Assembly (NCBI GenBank): GCA_045159875.1
Contig: CP067995.1
Span: 1,216,001-1,280,000, forward strand
Direction of reading: 5' to 3'
Length of the DNA: 64,000 nt
Origin: a cyanobacterium endosymbiont of Rhopalodia gibba
GTDB lineage: Bacteria; Cyanobacteriota; Cyanobacteriia; Cyanobacteriales; Microcystaceae
The notes under the pieces are model-generated. The model was not told where the DNA came from and ran no database searches. It saw only the letters and a list, made by a program, of their open reading frames with translations. Position 1 is the stretch's first letter, and every line of letters begins with the position of its first letter. Positions 22,790-34,029 of the stretch are shown here, one piece after another. A program made the position numbers and the translations under genes.

Positions 22790-23000
22790 AGGCGATGTAT
22801 AAAAAATATCAGTTAGCTAATATTTAGGATAAAGGAGATAGCATTTACTTTGGAAAGCATTTTCTGGGTTAACTTTTAAAAATAGTGCGCTCGCTATAGC
22901 AAGAAACTATAGTTATAGTCAGAGAATTTTTTAAAGATAATGAACTAAGAAAAAAATTAAAAATCTAAAGGATAAGAATTTAAAATAAAGCAGAGGTCAG
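22790..23000 (+). mobile_element. Degenerate IS630-family relic (copy 2, N-terminal part)
   Basis: RR*HLLWK..FKNSALAIARNYSYSQRIF..NEL..IKNLK; 22884-22902 matches the reverse complement of 6409-6427 at 18 of 19 nt. Confidence 0.65.
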
Positions 23001-23239
23001 GGTTATTTTAAATTGTGGCAACTGGGTCTTGTTTTATGGACATGAAAACTTAACTTTTGGCATACAACTATATATTATATTTCGTTGTTCAAAGTTTTAT
23101 CCAACTTAATTAAGTTCAGTCGGATTTAGTTTAGACAAAATAGTTATAAAGAATCCTTATCCTTGGATTACTTTCACAAAAAATACATCAATACTAGGTT
23201 TTAAAAAATAGAGTGTTATAACTTTAGTTTTTAACCTTC

Positions 23240-25012
23240 TCATTCACTAATTTCTTGAATTGAGATATTTTCAATATTCCAAAATGCTCCTCCTAATGGT
23301 GAATATTCAATTCTTTCAAAGCGATTTCTAACAGCCTCTAATGAATAAGGGTTAACTAAATAGATAAATGGAACATATTGCGAGACTAATTTCTGTGCTT
23401 TGCTATAGATTTCTTTACGTTTTTCTCGCTCTAATGTTTGTGCCCCTGCCAAATATAATTGTTCAATTTCTTTTTCCCAGTCTGCAACAACCCGTCCAGT
23501 AATGAGTTTTTGTCCTACCTGAGGTTTTTGATTAAACATATGTAAGTTGCCATCGGTATACCAAATATTAGGGGCGTGAGGTTCATTCCCACCAGTAAAT
23601 CCAATGATATGAGCCTCCCAATCCAAGGAATTACTTAACTTATCAATCAAAACATTAAACGCTAAAGGACTAAAATCAACTTTCATCCCCAGTTTTTTTA
23701 AATCCTCTTTAATTTGCGCTCCTATTGCTTCTCGAATTTTATTTCCTGCATTCGTAATTAAACTAAACTGAACTCGATTTCCTTTTTGATCAAAAAGTTC
23801 CTCTTTTTTATTTAAAATAAAGCCTTCTTGTTGAAGCAATTCTTTGGCTTTATCAAGATTAAAATTATAGCCTTGAATAGACTTGTCATAATAAGGAGCT
23901 TGTACAGAGATTTGAGTATTTTGAGATGCACCTAACCCACGATAAATATTATTAATTATGCGTGGACGATCAATAGCGTAAGCAACTGCTCTTCTAAAAT
24001 TTAAGTTGTTAAACCACTCTGATTTTATGGGGTTAACTAAAGGTTTGCCTTCTCGCTTTCCTTTATTTAGATTAAATGAAATAAATGTAGTCCCGTAAGC
24101 AGGACCTCCATTATAAATAGTAAAGTTACCTCGATTTTCTTCCCGTTTTAATAAAGGAAAATATTCAGGAGTGATCCCAAGAGAATCTAAACTTCCTGAG
24201 CGAAATTGCAATAAAGATGTATCGGTAGATTCCACAATTGCAAAAACGATTCGATCAATATTAGGAAGTTGATTTCCCTGTTTATCTTTTTTCCAATAAA
24301 AAGGATTTCTTTCAAAAATAACTCGTTGACTTGTTATGTAATCTTTTAGTTTATAAGGTCCATTGACAATAATTTTTTCAGGAAGTGTATCGGTTCCCCA
24401 AGTTGAGAGAAAAGCTAGATTACCATCACTTCCTCTTTGAGTTAATGTTTTTTGTAAAATATGAGCTGGCAAAATTGGAACACTTGCATTGTCTAAAAAA
24501 GGTGCAAATGGTTCATTTATTTTAAATTCAATACGCCGTTCATCAAGTTTTATGATCTTAGGAAATGTTCCTTCCCGTCCTATCCTAAAACTATCTCGAT
24601 AATTATTAGGTATTTCTTTATTAAGATATAAGTCATTATAAGTAAAAACTACATCATCAGCCGTTAATGGTTCACCATCTGACCATTTTAAATCTTCTCT
24701 TAAGGTAAAAATAATTCGTAATTTATCATCGGAAATATCCCAAAACTCTGCCAAAGCAGGTTCTTTAATACCAGTTATAGGATTTTCTGAAATTAGTCCT
24801 TCATAAGTATATTGGAAGATGCTTGGAGAAGAACTATTAAGCACAGCATTAAAAGTTTTAGGATCACTGATCCAAGAGAAAACTGCTTGATTAGTATTGC
24901 CTTTTGTGATACAACTCGTTAGAGGTAAAAAACATAAGAAAGTGAGAATACAAGTTAGACCTCGTTTGTACATAAAAGTAACTAAGTTTTGCAATCTCAT
25001 AAAATTATTCAT
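23240..25012 (-). CDS. Peptide/nickel ABC transporter substrate-binding lipoprotein (family 5)
   Basis: Lipobox-like LTSC, SDPKTFN, PALAEFW, LKWSDGEPLTADDVVFTY, NGPYKL, FRRAVAYAIDR. Confidence 0.9.
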   Translation of the reverse strand: MNNFMRLQNLVTFMYKRGLTCILTFLCFLPLTSCITKGNTNQAVFSWISDPKTFNAVLNSSSPSIFQYTYEGLISENPITGIKEPALAEFWDISDDKLRIIFTLREDLKWSDGEPLTADDVVFTYNDLYLNKEIPNNYRDSFRIGREGTFPKIIKLDERRIEFKINEPFAPFLDNASVPILPAHILQKTLTQRGSDGNLAFLSTWGTDTLPEKIIVNGPYKLKDYITSQRVIFERNPFYWKKDKQGNQLPNIDRIVFAIVESTDTSLLQFRSGSLDSLGITPEYFPLLKREENRGNFTIYNGGPAYGTTFISFNLNKGKREGKPLVNPIKSEWFNNLNFRRAVAYAIDRPRIINNIYRGLGASQNTQISVQAPYYDKSIQGYNFNLDKAKELLQQEGFILNKKEELFDQKGNRVQFSLITNAGNKIREAIGAQIKEDLKKLGMKVDFSPLAFNVLIDKLSNSLDWEAHIIGFTGGNEPHAPNIWYTDGNLHMFNQKPQVGQKLITGRVVADWEKEIEQLYLAGAQTLEREKRKEIYSKAQKLVSQYVPFIYLVNPYSLEAVRNRFERIEYSPLGGAFWNIENISIQEISE

Positions 25013-25033
25013 CTGATGATTTCCCCCAACCTA

Positions 25034-26293
25034 TTATTCTATCTTGTCAACAGGATTCATAGCTAAAGTTTCCTTAAAAAAGTAACCTATTAAATAAAGA
25101 GAACCACAAAGGATAATCGTATGTTCAGAATCATCAACAGCTCTGTCTAACGCCTGGAAAACATCAGAAAATATTTTAATATCGCTCAACTGAGAACAAA
25201 TTTTATTTGCCAACAAGGCTAAGTCTTCTGGATTTGCCGTTTGATGATCAGGAACAGGAACTAAATATAAATTATCCTGTGGTCGCAATAAAGCTTCAAA
25301 GATTCTATCATGATCTTTTGTAGATAAAATTCCCATTACCCAAGTAATCGGTTTATTTAATGTATTTACATAATCTCGTAGAGCAGTGGCTGCTGCTCCA
25401 TTATGTGCTCCATCAATTAAAATAGAAACATCACGCCATTTTATCCAATGTAACCTTCCCAACCACTGAGTATTTTTTATTCCTTTTTGAATAGCAGCTA
25501 ATGGGATTTTCCAGCCTTTTTTTTCTAAAATTTTTAAGGTTGCTATTGCTAAAGCAGAATTCATTAATTGAAATTTTCCTAATAGAGGTAAGGGATAGCT
25601 AATATCTTGATATTGACCCCAATTTTCTTTGATAGCTATGGCAGGTTTTACCCAGAGTGAAGGACAATTTAACGCTTTAATGCGAGCTCTAATGACGGTT
25701 TCTGCTTCTGACGGAAGTTGTCCAATAACGGCAGAACATTTGGGTTTCAAAATACCTCCTTTCTCGTAAGCAATATCAGCCAGCGTTGGACCTAGTATTT
25801 GCCAATGTTCTCGACTAATAGATGTAATAACTGTAACTAAGGGATTGTTACAAACGTTAGTTGCATCTAACCGCCCTCCTAATCCTACTTCAATAACAGC
25901 AATTTCTACTTTTTTTTGAGCAAAATAAACCCATGCTGTTGCGGTCAGTGCTTCAAATAGACTCGGTTTATTTTCATGGGAATGACTAAGGCTTTTAATC
26001 TTAATAAGAATTCTTTCAAAGTCTGTTTCAGAAATAGGTTGATTATTGATACAAATTCTTTCTGTGGGGTTAACTAAATGGGGCGAAGTATAACGTCCCA
26101 CCCGATAACCAGCTTCAATTAATGTAGAAGAAAGATAAGCACAAACAGACCCTTTTCCATTAGTTCCCCCAACATGGATAATAGGAAGATAATGGTGAGG
26201 ATTATCTAAGGATTTCAATAGGGATTGAATTCGTTCTAACCCTAGAGTCACTCCCATAAGTCTAAAAGATTGTAGTAAGGAATTAATAGTCAC
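25034..26293 (-). CDS. folC: Folylpolyglutamate/dihydrofolate synthase
   Basis: HVGGTNGKGS, YTSPHLV, EVGLGGRLDATNV, IDGAHN, CGSLYLIG. Confidence 0.95.
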   Translation of the reverse strand: MTINSLLQSFRLMGVTLGLERIQSLLKSLDNPHHYLPIIHVGGTNGKGSVCAYLSSTLIEAGYRVGRYTSPHLVNPTERICINNQPISETDFERILIKIKSLSHSHENKPSLFEALTATAWVYFAQKKVEIAVIEVGLGGRLDATNVCNNPLVTVITSISREHWQILGPTLADIAYEKGGILKPKCSAVIGQLPSEAETVIRARIKALNCPSLWVKPAIAIKENWGQYQDISYPLPLLGKFQLMNSALAIATLKILEKKGWKIPLAAIQKGIKNTQWLGRLHWIKWRDVSILIDGAHNGAAATALRDYVNTLNKPITWVMGILSTKDHDRIFEALLRPQDNLYLVPVPDHQTANPEDLALLANKICSQLSDIKIFSDVFQALDRAVDDSEHTIILCGSLYLIGYFFKETLAMNPVDKIE

Positions 26294-27170
26294 TGAATTT
26301 AAGCATCCATCATAATTTATGAGTAGAGAATAATTACATCAACACTCTTTAATATCTTTAAATGGTATCAGAATAATGTCTCAAGTTCTAGTTACCTGGC
26401 GGTTGACTTTGTCCTTTTTTATTTATGAAAATTGAAGTAAATTTTAGTTGTGTTGCTTAAATTAACTACAATTAGTATTGAGAGGTGGATAATAAATTAA
26501 ATAGTTGTTTTGAGGGTAACAAAAATCTATTGACTACAGAGAATACAAATATATTCATAATAGTAAAATTACAGACATTATAAACTTTTTGGAAAGAGCT
26601 ATTGATATTTTAGCCAAACCTCTGGAAAATTTATTTTTTTGAAAAACATAACCTTAGTGAGTGACGAAACAGAAGATGGTCTATTATAAAAAGTAAGATA
26701 TAGCCTCCTAAAGGAGTTTTCTGTATAAGACATGACAGTAATTTCACTAGTCTTCCTCCGATCAATTTATTGAACCTACGGTGGAGTATTTTAAAATTAA
26801 ATTATTTGTCAAAAAAAACTATGCATTGACTTTTTTTTATTACTTAAAAGTCAAAAATTTAACCATTTAAGATTTTAAGAAAATCATCAGATTTTTCTAA
26901 AATTAGGCAAAAAAATCGTATAATACAATTCGTTAATCCTTAACTTATAAATTGATTATAACTGTGTAAAACAATACAAATTTGTGTCCTTTTTAGCCTA
27001 GCTGTGACAACAACATAACAAAAAAAGGACAAAAGTATCCTTTTGTAAGGATTACGTAAATATAGTTTATATGATAGTTTTGAAAGCTGTTGGTTGCCAA
27101 CCTAGCATACTCAGTCTAGAAGAACTAATATTGTTTACTATAAATCATAGATCCATTACCTAAAAAAAAT

Positions 27171-28352
27171 ATGAAGTACAGACGATTTGGACGGACTGAG
27201 TTGGAAATACCTATTTTTTCTTGTGGCGGAATGCGGTATCAATATAAATGGCAAGATTTTCCTTTGAAAGATATTCCTGATGATAATCAACAAAACTTAG
27301 AAAAAACTATTTATCGTTCTTTAGAAGTAGGAATCAATCACATAGAAACGGCGCGAGCTTACGGTACATCTGAAGTACAATTAGGGAAAATTTTACCTAA
27401 ATTACCTAGAAAAAAATTAATTATTCAAACAAAAGTTGTTCCAGAAGGAGGAGTGATAGAATTTCGCCGTAAGTTCAATCAAGGACTCTCACTACTCAAC
27501 TTAGACTATGTTGATTTATTAGGAATTCATGGAATTAACACTTTAGAAATCCTTGAATCTTGTATACATTCAGGAGGCTATCTGGAGGAAGCTAAAAAAT
27601 TACAAAACCAGGGAAAAATAAAGTTTATTGGTTTTTCAACTCATGGCTCGACAGATGTTATCATGAGAACGATTAATACTGATTATTTTGACTATGTTAA
27701 TTTACATTGGTATTACATTAATCAAAATAATTGGCCAGCCATAAAAGCTGCGAGAGAACGTGATATGGGGGTGTTTATTATTAGTCCTTCTGATAAAGGT
27801 GGTAAACTATATGATCCTCCACAAAAGTTAGTGGAACTCTGTCAACCTTTAAGTCCTATTGTCTTTAATGATTTATTCTGTTTATCCTGTCCTCAAATCC
27901 ATACATTGAGTTTAGGAGCCTCTTGTCCAAAGGATTTTGATGAACATTTAAAGACATTATCTTATTTAGATAATCCTCATGAAATATTAACCCCAGTTAT
28001 TCAAAAGTTAGAGCAAGAATGTATTAAAGTTTTGGGGGAAAGTTGGTATAGAACCTGGCATCTTGGCTTGCCAAGCCAAGATCAGACCCCAGGAAATATT
28101 AATATTCCAGTAATTTTATGGCTGAGAAATTTAGCCCTTACCTATGATATGATTGACTATGGAATTATGCGATATAATTTGTTGGGAAATGGAGGACACT
28201 GGTTCCCCGGTAATAATGCTGAAAGAGTCAAGGAATTTGATTTAAAACCTTGTTTAGTTAATAGTCCTCATCAAAACGAAATTCCTGAATTGTTAGTAGA
28301 GACTCATCAATTATTAGGAGTAAAATTAGTACAACGTCTATCTCAGATGTAA
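27171..28352 (+). CDS. Aldo/keto reductase family protein (cyanobacterial)
   Basis: YRRFGRTEL, FSCGGMRYQ, INHIETARAYGTSE, IGFSTHG, RYNLLGNGGHWFPG. Confidence 0.88.
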   Translation: MKYRRFGRTELEIPIFSCGGMRYQYKWQDFPLKDIPDDNQQNLEKTIYRSLEVGINHIETARAYGTSEVQLGKILPKLPRKKLIIQTKVVPEGGVIEFRRKFNQGLSLLNLDYVDLLGIHGINTLEILESCIHSGGYLEEAKKLQNQGKIKFIGFSTHGSTDVIMRTINTDYFDYVNLHWYYINQNNWPAIKAARERDMGVFIISPSDKGGKLYDPPQKLVELCQPLSPIVFNDLFCLSCPQIHTLSLGASCPKDFDEHLKTLSYLDNPHEILTPVIQKLEQECIKVLGESWYRTWHLGLPSQDQTPGNINIPVILWLRNLALTYDMIDYGIMRYNLLGNGGHWFPGNNAERVKEFDLKPCLVNSPHQNEIPELLVETHQLLGVKLVQRLSQM

Positions 28353-28386
28353 ACAATCTATATTGTTATTACTTCGCTTTAACTAG

Positions 28387-29316
28387 TTGATAAATATGAT
28401 GAATGCTCAAGAGCATCAACCGGTTCTATGGATGAACGAATATGTTACCCCTTGGGATCTTTATATTCATGGAATTAATCAGATTTTAGCTCATACAATT
28501 ACTCCTTACCATGAGATGTATGTTGTAGAAACAGGGGCTTATGGTAAAGCCCTTATTCTAGATGGTAGATGGCAGTCTTGTAGCATAGATGAATTCATTT
28601 ACCACGAAGCCTTGGTTCATCCAGCTATGATATCTTATGAGTATCCGAGGAACGTACTTATTTTGGGGGGAAGTGAAGGGGCAACATTACGGGAAGTTTT
28701 GCGATGGAAAAATGTCGAAAAAGTATGGATGATTGAGCCTGACGGGGAAGTGCTGGAAGCCTGTCGTCAAAACCTTGTAGAAATGCACCAAAATGCTTTT
28801 GATGATCCTCGTGTCGAGTTAACTATCACTGATCCCCTACCAATATTAGAAACTACTTCTAAACAATGGGATATTATTATTTATGACCTAATAGAACCTA
28901 TCAATAAAAAAGTGTCTTGTCCCTTATTTACCCAAGACTATTTTAAGAAATTAAAGCAGGTTTTAAGTCCTGGGGGATTTATGATGGTCCAAGCTGGGTC
29001 TATTGCTCCAGCAGAATTAGATACACATATCCGTTTAATTAATACCTTACGAACAGTATTCCCCTGGGTCAATTCTATTTCTAATTGCATTCCTACTAAT
29101 GGTTCTTTTTGGGGATTTGCTCTTTGTTCAGAATATCCTGTGAATACAAAACCTGATCCTACCAGAGTAGACCGACTATTGGCTGAGAAAACAACAGGAG
29201 GTTTGCGTTTTATTGATGGAAAAACTTTATTAGGAATTTTCCAAACACCTACCTATGTTCGTCATGCGATTGAGACTCAAACTCTGATTTATGATCCTTT
29301 TAGGAAAGTTACTTAA
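28387..29316 (+). CDS. speE: Polyamine aminopropyltransferase (spermidine synthase family)
   Basis: YGKALILDGRWQS, DEFIYHEALVHPAM, VLILGGSEGATLREVL, AFDDPR. Confidence 0.85.
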   Translation: MINMMNAQEHQPVLWMNEYVTPWDLYIHGINQILAHTITPYHEMYVVETGAYGKALILDGRWQSCSIDEFIYHEALVHPAMISYEYPRNVLILGGSEGATLREVLRWKNVEKVWMIEPDGEVLEACRQNLVEMHQNAFDDPRVELTITDPLPILETTSKQWDIIIYDLIEPINKKVSCPLFTQDYFKKLKQVLSPGGFMMVQAGSIAPAELDTHIRLINTLRTVFPWVNSISNCIPTNGSFWGFALCSEYPVNTKPDPTRVDRLLAEKTTGGLRFIDGKTLLGIFQTPTYVRHAIETQTLIYDPFRKVT

Positions 29317-30432
29317 GACTATTGAGTTTATCTGGAAAATTCTGTCTAGACTTTAGTCTAGATTATGATAAAAAGAAGTACTTAAAAATTTGAATTATAT
29401 ATCTTTAGGGAGAAGAGAAAAAGTTAGGGATTAAAAATAGTTAATGTCTACTGAATTAGATATCATTAATGGTGTTCTTTATGGTTTAGTAATTAATAAT
29501 CAACTAACAAGGACAATACGAAAATACTTCGGACTAAGTCTTACTAAATTAGTAGTCAAAAACTCAATCTTTGTTAAATTAAGTTTTTGAGAATATCGGG
29601 AGCTTTACAAAGCGGTACTTTTAACTTGTATTTATTATTGCGTTGTTACAGCCAAGCCAGTCTAGAAAAGCTACGCTTGTTAGCCTCAGCCTTATTATTG
29701 GGACAAACCAAACTTTATTACCTAAATAATTAAAATTAATATTAATTAAAATAAATTGATATTAATTGTTAATTTTAATTAGAATGATATATTTTCAAAA
29801 TTTAATTTTTATTGGTAATTAAAGTTATGTGATATTTTATCTATAATTAGTGTTCTTTTTATTAAAAATCATGGTCCACAATAATGGATATGGATTACAG
29901 AAACAGTGTTAAGTTTGTTGAATAAATATATTGCTAGTTCTATCAGAGAGTAGTTAAGATTATTAGTCTTATTTTTATTGTAATTTATTCTTCTGTTAGT
30001 AGATCAAAAAATACATTATTTATACTTAGTTTTAGCAGAAATATAGAGACTATTATAAGTTATTATTTTTTTATATAAAAAGTATATTTAAGTTTTAATC
30101 TTAATATTTTTTAAAAAAAATTAGGATAACCATTGCATCGAGCTATCAATGTATTTATCAACAATGAATTAATTAGTCGGAATATGAAAATGAGTCCTCC
30201 TTTAACATGAATTGTATGAGGATAGTTTTCCTTTTTATCTGAAAACATTTTCTTATTTAGGTTAAAAGAGAATCTGAATTAATCGACTAATCATATAGCA
30301 TCCTAGTTTTAAATGACCAGTTGCCTCGCAATTTTAATCAGACAGCCTTTTTAGTTTAGTTTGTAGTATTTTAAAGTCAATGTTTTCATCTTTTCCGAAG
30401 GCTAGTTTTCCCTAGTCCCTAACTTTCTTAAT

Positions 30433-31539
30433 CTATTCTCGTACTTTATGACTCTTACGCCAAGCCTGCCAGCCCACATATACTAACAAAAAGGTTGACC
30501 CCGTTGCAAAGCCCCAACCACTAGGAATATTAGAAAATCCCAAGGCTAAACTTCCTACCCATAACGTCAATGCATAGATAAACAACACCGTCAAACGATG
30601 AGAAATTCCCGCATTAATCAAACGATGATGTAAATGACGTTTATCCGCACTAAAAGGAGATTTTCCCTGGCTTAAACGTGAGATAATAACCGCTGACATA
30701 TCCACAATGGGAACAGCTAATACCAGAAAAGGTAATAAAACAGCTGTTACTGCCACCGTTGTCACAGCTGCTATTTTTACCAACCCAATCACCCCTACTC
30801 CAGCAAGGGTAAATCCCATAAAATAAGCTCCACCATCCCCCATAAAAATTTGAGCGGGGTTAAAATTATAACGAAGAAATCCTAACGCCCCTCCAGCTAA
30901 GGCTGCTGCAATTAAAGCAGCAGCCGGTTGAGCCATAAATAGAGTTAATACTAACATCACCACTGCAGAAATTCCACATCCTCCAGCTGCTAAACCGTCT
31001 AATCCGTCAATCCAATTAATTGCATTAGCCATCCCCACTAACCAAAAGACTGTCAGGAAAAGACTTAACCCATCGCTAATCTGAATTAAACCGCCAAAGG
31101 GAATAGAGAAGAAATCAATACGAACTCCTACTCCCCAAGCAGCACTGGCGACAATTGTTTGGATGACCAAACGGGACAGAGGACTTAAATTAAATAAGTC
31201 ATCAGCTAATCCAATTAGGAAAAAGCATACTCCTCCTAAGGTGACTCCCCAGATTTCCCATTCTTTATTAGGAGATAGCCAACCAAACCCCCCTAATCCC
31301 CAAACTACCAGCAACGCGGTAATAGTTCCGGTGAAGATAGAGACTCCCCCTAAACGCACTATGGGACGTTCGTGCATCTTTCGCTCATTGGGTTTATCCA
31401 CATAACCCGTTTTTAAACCGATGTGATTGATGAGGGGAGTCATCCACCAAACGACAATCATAGCAATCAGGAAAGCAACAATATGGAATAATTCTGCTGG
31501 TGGGATGGGCATGAGTTTAGCTAACGCGCCGGGAGTCAC
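30433..31539 (-). CDS. MraY/WecA-family undecaprenyl-phosphate GlcNAc-1-P transferase
   Basis: RKMHERPIVRLGG, GLADDL, NAINWIDGLDGLAAG, NFNPAQIFMGDGG, DKRHLHHRL. Confidence 0.92.
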   Translation of the reverse strand: MTPGALAKLMPIPPAELFHIVAFLIAMIVVWWMTPLINHIGLKTGYVDKPNERKMHERPIVRLGGVSIFTGTITALLVVWGLGGFGWLSPNKEWEIWGVTLGGVCFFLIGLADDLFNLSPLSRLVIQTIVASAAWGVGVRIDFFSIPFGGLIQISDGLSLFLTVFWLVGMANAINWIDGLDGLAAGGCGISAVVMLVLTLFMAQPAAALIAAALAGGALGFLRYNFNPAQIFMGDGGAYFMGFTLAGVGVIGLVKIAAVTTVAVTAVLLPFLVLAVPIVDMSAVIISRLSQGKSPFSADKRHLHHRLINAGISHRLTVLFIYALTLWVGSLALGFSNIPSGWGFATGSTFLLVYVGWQAWRKSHKVRE

Positions 31540-31612
31540 ATCTGAAAAAGTTTACCCTACGTTACTCTATTTTCGTTAGGGGTGTAAACGACCTTAGGAA
31601 TCGGAAGGGAAA

Positions 31613-32896
31613 TTAAGCTAAAATGGAGGCTGGCATAGTTAGATGGGGATACAATGGAAACTGCTTGCACAGAGATTTAACCCGATCTAAACAAGTTTGT
31701 TTAACCTGTTCATCTCCTTGAGAAAGAAGATAATCAGCGATAATGTTGCCAATCTCCTTAAATTCTTCTTCTCTCATGCCCCGCGTTGTTAATGCAGGAG
31801 ATCCCAGTCGTAGTCCACTGGTAACAAAGGGCGATTCAGGATCAAAAGGAACAGTATTTTTGTTGGCAGTAATGTTAATCTCACTAACTAAGCGATCAGC
31901 TTCCTTCCCGGTCATACCTACAGAGCGTAAATCCACTAATATTAAATGGTTATCTGTGCCGTTAGACACTAATTTAAACCCCCGTGTCATCAATTGATTA
32001 GCCAGGGTTTTAGCATTAGCAATAACTTGTCCTGAATAGGTTTTAAATGCAGGTTTAAGAGCTTCCCCAAAGGAGACACCCTTAGCCGCAATTACGTGTT
32101 CCAATGGACCACCTTGAATTCCTGGAAAGACTGCCTTATCAAATCTTTTTCCTAGGTCAACATCACGGGTTAGTATCAATCCTCCCCTAGGACCTCTGAG
32201 GGTTTTATGAGTGGTGGTCGTGACAACATCGCAATGGGGAATAGGGTTAGGGTGATGTCCGCTGGCCACTAATCCAGCAATGTGGGCAATATCAGCCATT
32301 AAGTAGGCTCCCACCTCATCTGCGATCACTCGAAATTTCTCAAAATCAATAATTCGAGGGTATGCAGAATAGCCGCATATAATCATTTTTGGGCATTTTT
32401 TGAGAACTAATTCCCTAATTTGTTCATAGTCAAGCCGTTCTGTATCAGGGTTGACTCCATAGTGGCATGTCTCAAACCATTTTCCAGAGACGTTAACAGG
32501 GGAACCGTGGGTCAAATGTCCTCCGTGAGATAAATCCATTCCCATAATAGTATCGCCAGGCTTAAGGAGAGCTAAAAAGACGGCGAAATTAGCTTGCGCC
32601 CCCGAATGGGGTTGAACATTAGCATGGGCAGCTCCAAATAACTTTTTAGCCCTATCAATGGTTAACTGCTCAGCGCGATCCACAAATTCGCAGCCACCAT
32701 AATACCGTTTTTTTGGTAGTCCTTCTGCATATTTATTGGTCAATACGGAACCTTGGGCTGCTAAAACGGCTGGAGAAGTAAAATTTTCACTCGCAATTAA
32801 TTCCAGATGTTCCCGTTGACGCTGGAGTTCTAAGTGAATAATTTCAGCCATCATTGAATCACTTTGGGCTAAAAAATCTAAGTTAGTATTAATCAC
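31613..32896 (-). CDS. glyA: Serine hydroxymethyltransferase
   Basis: [43 protein letters not shown]. Confidence 0.98.
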   Translation of the reverse strand: MINTNLDFLAQSDSMMAEIIHLELQRQREHLELIASENFTSPAVLAAQGSVLTNKYAEGLPKKRYYGGCEFVDRAEQLTIDRAKKLFGAAHANVQPHSGAQANFAVFLALLKPGDTIMGMDLSHGGHLTHGSPVNVSGKWFETCHYGVNPDTERLDYEQIRELVLKKCPKMIICGYSAYPRIIDFEKFRVIADEVGAYLMADIAHIAGLVASGHHPNPIPHCDVVTTTTHKTLRGPRGGLILTRDVDLGKRFDKAVFPGIQGGPLEHVIAAKGVSFGEALKPAFKTYSGQVIANAKTLANQLMTRGFKLVSNGTDNHLILVDLRSVGMTGKEADRLVSEINITANKNTVPFDPESPFVTSGLRLGSPALTTRGMREEEFKEIGNIIADYLLSQGDEQVKQTCLDRVKSLCKQFPLYPHLTMPASILA

Positions 32897-33184
32897 TGTT
32901 GCTTAATCCTTTTTACATTGGAAAATAATATCCCAGAACCATCCATTATAGTAAATTTAAATTTGCTGATAAACTAAGCCAAGAAAATTTAATAATACTT
33001 AGAAAAATCATGAAGATAGAGAATTTGTAGCTATCCAAACAGGTAACATTCTTATTTACAGTTGTCTAGAAAATCGCAAAAAAATAGTTAAGCTATGTGG
33101 CTATCTAAAAAATTTAGGTTAAGATTTGCAATTTAATCTACTACAATATACTCAATATAGTTGAGGAGCGATGGGGTTTTTCAT

Positions 33185-33397
33185 ATGTTGGTTATCCTGA
33201 CTCAGGAAAGTGTTTTATCAGCGCAAACAGTATGTCAAGGCTGCCTACTAGCAAATCATCAGGGATTACCTCGCTGGAAACAGGGAACACTCGGTTGTGG
33301 CTCTTCTGTTCATAAAAACTTGGAAAGTCATCAACCGAAACGTTATCAATGTCAGATGGGCTTTCAGATTGCCGAAGTCGAAGAAATTTTAAGATGA
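33185..33397 (+). CDS. Small Cys-rich conserved cyanobacterial protein (Alr0857-like)
   Basis: MLVIL..VCQGCLLANHQGLPRW..LGCG..YQCQMGFQIAEV; start taken at ATG 33185, in frame with the track ORF. Confidence 0.7.
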   Translation: MLVILTQESVLSAQTVCQGCLLANHQGLPRWKQGTLGCGSSVHKNLESHQPKRYQCQMGFQIAEVEEILR

Positions 33398-33895
33398 TTA
33401 AATTCCAATAACATACTTGCGCCATTCGTGATTGAGATTCTCTCTAGTATACTTAACGAGTTCAAAATGTAAACTGCTATAAGGACGACGGGGAGTGCAC
33501 TGCAGGCTCATATTTGCTTCTCTCGGGGTGCGGTTTCCTTTTTTGACATTACAACGAACACAAGCAGTAACTAAATTCTCCCAAGTCTCTTCTCCACCTC
33601 GTGAACGGGGAATAATATGATCTAGGGTTAATTGTTCTCCCCGATAGTTGCAATATTGACAGGTATTGTGATCGCGTTCAAGAATATTGCGTCGAGTTAA
33701 AGGAATCTCTTTGTAGGGAATTCGGATATATTGGCGTAGTCGTATGACTGAAGGCAGAGGAAAGTCACTATAGATTAACCGTTCACTATGTTCTAATTGC
33801 TCAGCTTTCCCCTTGAGTAACAAGACAACTGCTCTTCGCCAACTAGTAATATTGAGCGGTTCGTAGGAGGCATTTAACACTAGAACCTTGCCCAT
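33398..33895 (-). CDS. HNH endonuclease (McrA/HNH_5-like)
   Basis: VLVLNASYEPL, RDHNTCQYC, TLDHIIPRSRGG..WENLVTACVRCNVKKG. Confidence 0.92.
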   Translation of the reverse strand: MGKVLVLNASYEPLNITSWRRAVVLLLKGKAEQLEHSERLIYSDFPLPSVIRLRQYIRIPYKEIPLTRRNILERDHNTCQYCNYRGEQLTLDHIIPRSRGGEETWENLVTACVRCNVKKGNRTPREANMSLQCTPRRPYSSLHFELVKYTRENLNHEWRKYVIGI

Positions 33896-34029
33896 AGGCT
33901 ATCGAGGAATATTGGGTTAATTTACCCCAGATGCTAACATAAATGGTGTCTTCCAGTAAACTAGTTGCCCTTCTCATTTGTGTAGGAATAAAAAAATAAA
34001 AATCCACAAAAAAACTGAAAGGTAAAAAT

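Noticed and set aside
22970..23190. DUF3146 relic expected after yqgF
   Set aside because: Only vague similarity; the adjacent sequence is better explained as an IS630 relic.
26450..26800. Coding-like relic between folC and the aldo/keto reductase
   Set aside because: Looks like a pseudogene fragment but the family is not identifiable.
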